DNA from: Callorhinchus milii
Lineage: Eukaryota
Direction: 5' to 3'
Length of the DNA stretch: 64,000 nt
Assembly (NCBI RefSeq): GCF_018977255.1
Contig: NW_024704742.1
Location: forward strand, 15,502,001 to 15,566,000
Shown: positions 12,929 to 23,558 of the stretch, one piece after another
Layout: every line of letters begins with the position of its first letter
How positions within the stretch are numbered: the stretch's first letter is position 1
Made by a program: the position numbers and the translations under genes
The notes under the pieces: generated by a model
Database searches by the model: none
Seen by the model: only the letters and a program-made list of their open reading frames with translations
Told to the model about the DNA's origin: nothing

Positions 12929-14453
12929 ATGAAGATGAACACTGTAACTGTGCTCGTCATGCTTCTGTGTGTTATTGCCACGCAAGGTAAGTTGACTTTG
13001 TGCTCTTATGTTTCATCTCATTTCAATTTATCCTGATGGATCTCAGGGGTTATTGAAATTGAACTTTTTTCTTTGACTCTATTACACCTGTTCCAGGTTA
13101 CTGCAGAGTTGTAAGGTTTGCAGTATTAGATGAAGTGCAGAAGAATCAAATCTCATAATATACTTTTTCTATATACAAAATAATGTTCAAATCTAGTAAA
13201 AGAATTAATAGTAATAATTCTTGCATTTGGTTTGGTCTCAAATATAGTAACTAGAATATTCAAAAAGTCTTGATGTGCTTCGCAGATAATTGCTGTAAAG
13301 TGTAGTGACTGTATTTTGTGGATAAATGCAGCAGCCAATTTGCACACAACAATAATGCATTGCTGCATTGTGATCAATAAATGAATGCACTTAATTCTGT
13401 TTTACAGGAATTCCCATTGTGGGAACCAGTGCTCACTGTCTCTGTATTCAGACAACTTCCAGATTTATAAAACTGCAGAATATCCAGAGTCTGGAGTATA
13501 TTCCCAGAAGAAGTGGCTGTGAGTCAACAGAGATAATGTGAGTCAAATTGTATGTAAAACTTTCAGAACATTGTTGATGCCTAACGAGTGCTGTCATTTA
13601 ATGGTATCCATTTAATAGAAAGTATGATTTCTTCAAATCATTCCTAATTGTTCAGTCTATTTACAAAGCTAATTTTAATTATTTTGTTCTAAAAATGTGC
13701 TCACTTTCACATTGTCACGTTTTCTTTCCATCACTCAGATCTTAATAGATAAATTTCTCTTTGCAGTGTTACCCTGAAAAGCAACAGAAAAGTGTGTGTG
13801 AATCCTGATGCCAAGTGGGTGAAGGTTGTTATTGCCCGAAGAGGTAGGTTTCTAATAGATTCACTTTTAGCTTGTGATTCGAACGAAAACACAACATCTT
13901 CTTTGTGATGAAGGTTGAGAGATGCTGTGGTGATGCTGGGATTGATATGCGAGGCATCTATTGATTACCTTTAGGTCTGCCATTTCTCAGAGTCTTATCT
14001 TCTAATAATTATTAGCTGTAGTTGCTTTCTAAAGATTCTGAGGGATATTTGGAAACCTTAATATGTTAAATGAACATTCAGAACTACATTGTGTACTTCT
14101 GTTCTCTTGTCCACCAAAGACTGTACATTTTATAACCCCATATTCTCTGAATAGGTGACTAATATTGCACAATCTTTCTTTTTGGATTGCTGTTTAATTA
14201 AATTACTTCCATTTTACTGCTCAATGAATGCAACTGATTGTGTCAGCAACCAGAAATTGAAAGGATTATACACAAACATCTACATTCTTGTATTACTAAA
14301 ATTCAGACTGTTTTAAAATAGACCAATGAAGATTGTGATTAACGCTGTGTATTAAAAAGAGTGTCTGTGATTACTGGGTGGACGATTTCTGGTTAATATC
14401 ATACTTCTTTATTTTCAGAGGCCAGAATGCGCAGTCGAAATATGAAGCCGTGA
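12929..14453 (+). CDS. CXC chemokine copy 1 (ELR-negative, CXCL13-like/IL-8-like), 99 aa; exons 12929-12986, 13408-13537, 13767-13843, 14419-14453
   Basis: Manual splicing with canonical GT-AG sites (CAAG|gtaagt, ttttacag|, AT|gtgagt, tttgcag|, GAG|gtaggt, ttttcag|) gives MKMNTVTVLVMLLCVIATQGIPIVGTSAHCLCIQTTSRFIKLQNIQSLEYIPRRSGCESTEIIVTLKSNRKVCVNPDAKWVKVVIARREARMRSRNMKP*. It has a signal peptide, C-x-C-x24-C-x15-C spacing, EIIV and VCVNPxAxW motifs, and the typical 4-exon CXC layout. Subfamily comes from recalled sequences only. Confidence 0.93.
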
Positions 14454-15870
14454 AGTGATGGGGCTGATTGCACATCTGGATAAGTTGAGAAATGTGGAGT
14501 TGAGTGATGGAGAAGCTTTACAAAGGATCAGAACAATTGAAGTCATTCTATTACTTTGCTTTCTATCCGAATCAAAATCTGACTTCTCTAGCATGCTGAA
14601 AAGTTTTACACACAGTGATTGTTTTGAAATAAGATCCTTATGAAATATGAAGTACTCCCACTTCCTGCACACTCAGTGAAGGAGACCTTATATGTAGGTT
14701 AAGGTTTATTGTGTTATCATGTTTCTATACTATAGCACATTCGTGAGTTGATCTATTATAGAAATTCATCAGTTTTGAACACTGCACAACCCCGTTAAAT
14801 TATTTATTTTCAGTAAGCTATGAAGTTCTGCATGGAAAGAGATGGTAATTCTGACTCTATGAAAGATTTTCTGGGATGAGGTGAACAGATTGAGACTTTT
14901 TAAATTTGGAAAAGTTCAGTTGTGATAAATGTCAAAAGTTCAATGATTCCACTCCAGGGAATTTTCATGTAGTGGTAGAAACCTTTTTCTGGCTGATTAT
15001 TTTTTCCACTCATTATGACAAGTATATGATATACATGAATGAGAAATGTAAATCTATTCGATAGATTTTGTGGGCAGCGAAAATAGGATAATTTCAGGCA
15101 TCAGCATTCTCTGTATTGATAGCATACAGACAGGATGTCAGATGTCAGTCATACAACAGCTGAAATTACTGGCATCCCTGGAAATATTGTTTAAAAATCA
15201 GCTTGAGGAATTGTTCAGATCCCAGGCCCCTTCAGCCCCTCAGTAGTTATTGGATCTATCAGTACAAGAGGATGAACTTGAACTTTCCAGTTAAGTAGTT
15301 TTCTTTCTATAAGCATATTAAAATGCTCAGAAATGGATTTGGTATAAGCTATCTGGACAATTATAAAGTACATTTCTGCCTTTCAAAATACTTGTAGATG
15401 TGCTGCTACAATGTTATGTGTTTTCTATTTCATTTACAAACCAAATTTGAAGTGCTTTCTTCTGTCTTAAAACAAAGAAAATTGTTACTATTCTCTGTAG
15501 ATACATTTGATAACAAAAACAGTTTTATTTTAGTTCTTGATCGAGATATTTTTCCAATTTGAAAGATTATTTTTAACTTCAAATAACAAGAACCCATTGC
15601 ATGATGTTCAGACTGAAACTATTTGGTCAAGTAAAATATAGTATTAGAACTTTGCAAATGGAAATTAATTATGGATATGAGACTGTATGTAAATAGTAGT
15701 GCTCTTTACTGTGTGGTATTAATTGCAAGAAATAGCATTGTAAAAATAAATTTGCTATCTTCAACCCAATGGACATGTTATTATTTAGTATGTTATTAGT
15801 AGGTTCAGTGTACTAAAAGATATTGATATATTTTAGGAGATTAATAAATGAACACATTTTGTCTAAAAGC
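14454..15870 (+). other. Probable long AU-rich 3' UTR of copy 1 (paralogous regions follow copies 2 and 3)
   Basis: ARE nonamer TTATTTATT 14800-14808; AATAAA at 15745 and 15843. The true 3' end cannot be fixed from DNA alone. Confidence 0.45.
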
Positions 15871-16490
15871 AATTCTAGTAATTGTGATTGATGTTGACAA
15901 TATGTTTCCTCAGTAAATAAGACTGGTGCACTCATAAACATATTTGAGTTCTTTCTCATGCACTTCACACAGTTATAAATTGATGCCAGTATATCTGATT
16001 GCTTACGAGCTTTGTGGAAGATATGAAGAGAAACATGATTTTTAATCCTTAATTGATATAATGTTTTTCACCTTGGGGGGATATCTTAGAAAGCTTCACA
16101 GGAGTTACTGTGAAGTATAGTGACTATTTTTTATTAAACTTTTTTGAGTTGTTTCTCACTCACTACATGCAGTTATGCACTGATGTCAGTACATCTGTGA
16201 TGTACATGTTGCAGTGCAGGTTGCTAGATAATATATAACCACCTGGAATCTGAGAGCTTCTGTACAGTGCAATCCATCAGTAGCCATCCAAACGGCTACA
16301 GATAATGGTAATACAGGGGCTGATGCTCTGCAAATCTCCCTCCTGTCAATAATTATGAGCTGGTGAGGGTCCTTTTCCCACAAACAGCTCGTCTCCATTC
16401 TCAATCAGGGATGGTGTAGTCTGGTAGCCACTGTATAGTTTGTGGGGTGCATCTGTTTCCCATCACTCCTCTGCACTATAATCTATATCA

Positions 16491-17032
16491 ACAGCAACAA
16501 CAACAACAAGATTCCATTTATAGAGCGCCTTTCACGTCGGGAGGACGTCCCAAGGCGCTGTACAGTTGGGTCAGGACCCGAACAGGGGGGAAATGGTCAG
16601 GGTGAGGGAGGGAATGGATGGAGCGAGGAAGGGGTAGAGAGTCGAGAGGGGAGCTGAAGGCACAGTCAAAGAGAAAGGTCTTGAGACCGGCCTTGAAGGA
16701 GGAAAGGGAGGAGGCGGCGAAGGCATTGGTGGATAGAGTTCCAGAGCCTCGGGGCTGAGAGGCTGAAGGCCCGGCCACCAATGGTAGGGCGGTTGGGGCG
16801 GGGGATGTGGTGCAGACTGGAGCCAGAGGAACAGAGGGTACGGGCAGGTAGGTAGTGGGATAGTAGGTCGGAGAGGTAGGAGGGAGCAAGGCCGTGAATG
16901 GCTTTGTAGGTGAGGGTGAGTATCTTGAAATCGATCCTCTGGGGGATGGGGAGCCAGTGGAGGCGAGCGAGGGTGGGAGTGATGTGGTCCTGAAGCCTGG
17001 TGCGGGACAGTACACGAGCTGCAGAGCTCTGA
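16491..17032 (-). mobile_element. 5'-truncated young L2 insertion, unit 2 only
   Basis: Highly similar to the 3' end of the 48425-51529 element, with a (TTG)n tail. ATATCA is duplicated at 16485-16490 and 17033-17038. The site is empty in units 1 and 3. Confidence 0.92.
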
Positions 17033-19334
17033 ATATCAGTGTTTTTCAGCCTTTTTTAGTACCACATACCAACTCTGTTTTTTTCACAATTGATTATATT
17101 TGAGACTTATGTGACTTTAAGCCTAAAGCACTCAGAGACACTGCCCCATTTGAAGTGCACTATATAAATGTAAATTGTTATTGAAGTGATGGATGTATAG
17201 AAAGGGGGTAAACTGAAAATCAAAATCACAAATTTTCACAACATATCATGAAAGACTGTTTGGGTGAAGCATCACTGTGCATTATCACGTACTTAATCAG
17301 GGTAGTTACCTTAGTTAAGGGCTGTATTTTTTTCAAAAAATTGCAAACTGATATAGCACATAATAGTCATCTCCAGATTAAAGCATTCTTGGCACCTGCA
17401 CGATTCTCTGTTAAACATGTCCAATGTGTATCCTTCGAAATACATATGATACTGTTATAAAGCAACACAGCATTGACTTCTCTGGATTTTGTAGCTCAAA
17501 CCAAAGCCTTGAAGTATTAATTGTAGACATGTAAAAATTTCATTGACACAAATGTATAGAATGGAAACAGGCCACTCGGCCCAACTGGTCCGTATATTTC
17601 TTATGTCCCCTCATTATTGATTCCCCAACCAGTGGAAACAGCATTACATTTCTTTGTTGATTTCAAAGGTTTGAGAAATAGAGTAGTGGAAGAATATTGA
17701 TTTACTTTTACTTTTGGATTGGGAATATAGAGTTTTAATTTACATAAAACCAATGCATATCGGACATGTTTTCCACCTTCTCCCACTTTTGGGTGGTCAT
17801 CTGTAAGGAGCCGAATTCCAATGTTTCTATTAACATTAATGAGCAATTTGTATTGCGTTAAAATAAATGAAGTACTGGTATGTTGGAAGACATCCGGTTA
17901 ACATTAGACTTTTTCTTTCAGAGACCAAAAGACTGAAGCAATAATGAGATGAGCCGATTCCACACCTGGATAACTTCAGTACTGAGAACCAGAGTAAACA
18001 CGGAATTGGTTTGGTATCAGATGTCCAACTCATTAAATAAACCCCATCGTTCCCTTTTGTAACTTGTTTGTTATGGTTTAAAAACTCTTTTCTATACTGA
18101 TGCATTTTCCTTTTTCCGATAATGTTATATTGTGATATAGTACTGCGTTTTGATAGTGGGTATGTTAAATTGGTGAATATTTTAATTGTTTAAAGAATAT
18201 CCAATTAACAAGGTCAAATTACGTATTGGAACTGAATGATTTTGTTAATGTTCACTGCCCTTTGAATTGTAGCTGCGATTTCCTTGTAAAATATCCATTG
18301 TCAGGAAATGAACATTGCAAGAAGCATTTTGACGAACCCTAACCCTAACCCTAACCCTAATCCTGTATAAAGTGTGAATTGTATTATGTATAGCAATGCT
18401 CATCACTGAATCACACAAAACTGTCCCAAAATGTGTCAATATAACCTTCTTGTGCTGCGTTTAAAAGCAATCTACTGCCTCAAATGTCATTCATTGCTGA
18501 ATGATATGAACTGTGTATAAATTGTGTAATTGTAACAGTTTGCTATGCTGCTACCAGTTAGCAATCAACTGTCTGAAATGTATGTGCAAGTGGAAGTCAA
18601 CTTATATAGTTCTGTGTTCGAATTGTTGTGTTTAAAACTGCTAAATATATTGAACAATGTTTCTACACATGGCTTTTCCTGAATTCAAGAAAAATCTTGA
18701 TCAAATCCTGCATAAGACAAATATCTTTGACCATGGCTATGGTCACCTTACATCTCCCATCTGACCTCATCTTGCAAAGTACTCGAAGAGGTTATCCTAC
18801 ATGAAGATGCAAGTTATTATTGTTGCTTAGTTGTCTGAAGCTGAGAAAGATAACAACAATATAACAACAACAACAACAGCAAAATTACATTTGTATAATA
18901 CAGTGATAAAGAACAGTGGAGTCTGGTTGAAGCGAATGCGATTTTTTAAGAAAAAAATTCACAACTTTCACAACTGGCAGCTGCTGAGCTAATGTGAAAA
19001 GCAGCTTTGGTGATATGAAACCAGATGAACGACAACTCTAGATGCACGAATCAGCGGCCACTGTGAGTTTGGATGGCAAGTGTCAGAATGTTATAAACAA
19101 TAGGGAACCAATATAACCAATCCTAACTGTGTCGTCATCTAACATCGACACAGATTTATTTTTCCGCGCAGGTCATTGCATTTTAGGAACACAATAATAA
19201 AAATGATAGTAACAATAATAATAATAATAATAATTCTTGCATTTGACATAGCACCTGACTGCATGGATTTGCTAACAAACATTCTTATAAAACGCCAGTC
19301 AGTGGGTACACAATTCAAAAAGAGAGATCACCAA

Positions 19335-20266
19335 AAAAATTATATTTGTATAGCTCCTTTCACATTGGGAATACATCCCAAGGTGCTGGACAGAGTTTCG
19401 GACCCGAGCTGGGGGTTGGGATCGAGGAGGGTGGAGTGTCCAGGGGAAGCAGAGAGATCGAAAGCATAGACGAAGAGGAGTGTCTGAGATGGGTATTGAA
19501 TGAGGCAAGGGAGTGGACGAGGCGGAGTGACTGCGTGACGGAGTTCCAGAGGGTGGGGGCAGAGTGGCAAAAGGCCAACACACCAATAGTGGGGGAGCGA
19601 AATGGGGGGCGTTAAGCAAGCCGGAGAACGCTGAGTAGACGGAGCAAGACAATGGAGGGCTTTCAACGTGAGGACCAGGAACTTGAACTGTATCCTCTGT
19701 GTGATGGGAAGCCCATGGAGTCGGGTGAGGATGGGGGTAATAGGGTCACGGAGATTGGTGCAGGAGAGGACACAGGCTGCAGAGTTCTGGATAATCTGTA
19801 GCCTATGGAGGGAGGAGTTGGGGAAATTGACAAGCAAGGAGTTTGCATAGTCAAACCTCGATGTAATGAAAGCGTGTATGAGGTTTTCAGGGGCCTGTGC
19901 TGTGAGACAGTGGCGGAGCCGGACGATGTTGCGGAGATGGAGGAGGGTAGAGTGGATCATAGCACAGATGTGGGATAGAAAGGATATTCGAGGGTCAAAC
20001 AAGTCGCCAAGGTTCCGGACTTGCTTAGTGAGGTGGAGGATACAGCCATGGATGGTGATGCTGTCAGCGCCTGAAGTGTGGAGGCGCTGATGGGAGACAA
20101 TCGGGAGAACCTCGGTCTTGTTGATGTTCAACTCCCATCCAGGACTTCATGTCTGACAGACATACTATTAGGACAGCAGTGGTCCTGGAGTCAAGGGTGG
20201 AGATAGAGATGTCGAGTTGGGTGTCACCTGCATACATGTGGAAGACGACCCCATGTCTGCGGATGA
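19335..20266 (-). mobile_element. Older L2 3' fragment (unit 2 paralog)
   Basis: Duplicate of 10190-11122 with the same truncation point. Confidence 0.88.
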
Positions 20267-21831
20267 AAGTTTGCTAAAGAACCAGAGTCCTGTACAACCA
20301 GTTTAAAAGAAGAAAACTTTCTGGGAACTCACAAACAAGTTCAGAAGCACAGATATATGAATAAATCCTTACTCTGGAATTCTGTAATGTTTCCGGATTT
20401 GAAAGTTACCGAGGGTCCAGTTCCACATTACACTCTGTGGTTTATCATCTAAACCACCGAGTGTGAGGAAGAACTGCACACTTAGTAACTTTCAAATCAG
20501 GAAATTTAAAATAAACTTCAATTATGAATCTCCTTTTTCCAGGAAACCTTTACAGATGAGCAATAAAATCATCCATTAATACAATAAAATGTGATCAGAA
20601 TTACTCAACAATTTGGTGAAAAAATAGCGGCTGAACATTGCAATGTTGCCACATGTTGCCTAATGTACTATAAAATATAATATATTAATTTGTACATTGA
20701 ATTTAACGTTGTCACAATATTTAACATTTGCACTGTGTCCCAGGCAGGTCGGAGACAATCTAGCCCTCCTCCTCTCAACACCCTTCTAAATAGCAAGAGC
20801 CTCGTCTTCGCTATGTATTGGATTTTAAAGCTTTGTAGATCAGATTGATGGTGAATGCAACAGCAGGTTGTTCTTAAGAACTGTGGAAAACAAGTTAACA
20901 ATTCAATCTGAATTTAATCATTTTCAACAACTCTGTGAGATCTTAACGTATAAGACAAATGCTTCTACAGACTAGGATTAGGGTGAATTTAGGTCCTTTC
21001 CATGCTTGCAAGCTTTCACTCCAAATTTGCTGTCACTGCATTTCGCAGTAAAATCCTTTAAAACCTTTTGAGACATTTCAACGGCATACGATATCAGCGG
21101 CATGCTGTATTATGATGCTGTTAAGCACTCTAAGATGCTTCCCTATGTGGAGGTTGCCAGATAAATGCAAGCTGTTGTTATTGTTCCCACAAAATATACA
21201 GTTAATTCACTTTACAGTATATTCTATGAAGCGCTTTGAGATGTCTCAAAGACGTGATAAGGCGCTATATCAAATGCAAGGATTATTATAATTTGGCAGA
21301 TATTTTTGACAGTTTTGTAGCTGTCACAGCTTCAGATTGAAAATAAGTGACAATCTTAATCACTTATAACATTTGCCACCAAAATTCCCATGTGACTGTA
21401 TTTCAACAATCGTGACCCATTCTTAGTCAACATTATTTTTGCACTCTCACTAATGTATGAAGTTAATAGCATGAAAACTCTGACACATTTCTCGTAATTC
21501 ATAGGTTTAGAGTCTGCTTTGTGTTCCCCTTTATTATAATCTGAAGGAGCGTGCCAAGATCTCTTAAGCGTTAAATGTAAAATCTGGAACTGGATTTGGC
21601 TACACATGGCTGAAAATGAATATTGTGGTGAACAACAGTACATGCATTCCTGAAAGCTGTGTAGCCCTCAATAATGTTTTGTTGCATATCAATTTGTGAG
21701 TAATGATTGATCAAAAGGTCTTGAGGGAAGAGGATTATTTCTTTGAAAAAATGACAGTGACAAATTAATTTCTACTGTTAAAGGCTTGGACTGTAGAAGG
21801 TTGATGTTCATGGGTTGGAAAGAGTCAAAAG

Positions 21832-21936
21832 TTAAGCAATAGACCAATTGGGGATTTCCCTTAACCAACAAATGCCCTGTTTGGTGGATTTCATTTCCGC
21901 TGCTTGCCAAGTGAAAGGAGAAATTCACAATAAATA
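21832..21936 (+). promoter_or_regulatory. Putative proximal promoter of copy 2 with canonical NF-kB site
   Basis: GGGGATTTCCC at 21850-21860, plus the same C/EBP-, IRF- and TATA-like motifs as copy 1. Confidence 0.6.
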
Positions 21937-22040
21937 GCGGTTCAGAGAAGCTTTCTGGCATTGAATTTCACTGCGAGAGAAACAGTGAGACAGAGTCAGG
22001 CAAGAGACCCTGCAGCAGAAATCCATTCAACAGCACTAGG

Positions 22041-23558
22041 ATGAAGATGAACACTGTAACTGTGCTCGTCATGCTTCTGTGTGTTATTGCCACGCAAGGT
22101 AAGTTGACTTTGTGCTCTTATGTTTCATCTCATTTCAATTTATCCTGATGGATCTCAGGGGTTATTGAAATTGAACTTTCTTCTTTGACTCTATTACAAC
22201 TGTTCCAGGTTACTGCAGAGTTGTAAGGTTTGCAGTATTAGATGAAGTGCAGAAGAATCAAATCCCATAATATGCTTTTTCTACATAAAAATTAATGTTC
22301 AAATCCAGTAAAAGAATTAATAATATTAATTTTTGCATTTGGTTTGGTGTCAAATATAGTAACTAAAATATTCACAAAGTCTTGATGTGCTTCGCAGATA
22401 ATTGCTGTAAAGTGTAGTGACTGTATTTTGTGGATAAATGCAGCAGCCAATTTGCACACAACTATATTGCATTGCTGCATTGTGATCAATAAATTAATGA
22501 ATTTAACTCTGTTTTACAGGAATTCCCATTGTAGGAACCAGAGCTCGCTGTCTCTGTACTCAAACAACTTCCAGATTTATAAAACTGCAGAATATCCAGA
22601 GTCTGAAGTATATTCCTAGAGGAACGAGCTGTGAGTCAACAGAGATAATGTGAGTAAAATTGTATATAAAACTGTCAGAACATCGTTTGTACCGAACGAG
22701 TGCTGTCATTTAATCATATCCATTTAATAGAAAGTGTGATTTCTTCAAATCATTCCTAATTGTTCAGTTTATTTACAAAGTTAATTTTAATTATTTTGTT
22801 CTAAAAATGTGCTCACTTTCACATTGTCACATTTTCTTTCCATCACTCAGATCTTAATAGATAAATTTCTCTTTGCAGTGTTACCCTGAAAAGCAACAGA
22901 AAAGTGTGTGTGAATCCTGATGCCAAGTGGGTGAAGGTTGTTATTGCCCGAAGAGGTAGGTTTCTAATAGATTCACTTTTAGCTTGTGATTCGAACGAAA
23001 ACACAACATCTTCTTTGTGATGAAGGTTGAGGGATGCTGGGGTGAAGCTGGGATTGATATGCGAGGCATCTACTGATTACCTTTAGGTCTGCCTTTTCTC
23101 AGAGCCTTATCTTCTTATAAGTATTAGCTGTAGTTGCTTTCTAAAGATTCTGAGGAATATTTGGAAACCTGAATATGCCAAATGAACATTCAGAACTACA
23201 TTGTGTACTTCTGTTCTCTTGTCCACCAAAGACTGAACACTTTATAACCCCGTATTCTCTGAATAGGTGACTAATATTGCACAACCTTCCTTTATCACCT
23301 ACTCTCTGAATACTGTTCAACGAATACACCATCTGATTTTCTCAGCACCCAGAGATTGAAAGAATTATACATCAAAAATCTTAAGAAACATATACAGTCT
23401 ACATTCTTGTATTATCTAAAATTCAGGCTGTTTTAAAATAGCACTGATGAAGATTGTGAGTAGTACTGTATACTGAAATGAGTTTCTGTGATTCTGGGTG
23501 AAAGATTTCTGGTTAATATCATACTTCTTTATTTTCAGAGGCTAAAATGCGCAGTTGA
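22041..23558 (+). CDS. CXC chemokine copy 2 (divergent), 94 aa; exons 22041-22098, 22520-22649, 22879-22955, 23539-23558
   Basis: Same splice sites as copy 1. Translation: MKMNTVTVLVMLLCVIATQGIPIVGTRARCLCTQTTSRFIKLQNIQSLKYIPRGTSCESTEIIVTLKSNRKVCVNPDAKWVKVVIARREAKMRS*. All four cysteines are kept. Confidence 0.92.

Larger units (their letters stand above)
7572..16205 (+). repeat. Tandem segmental duplication unit 1 (carries chemokine copy 1)
   Basis: ATGTTGCAGTGCA at 7572 recurs at 16206 and 25183, and long stretches align collinearly between units. Confidence 0.9.
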
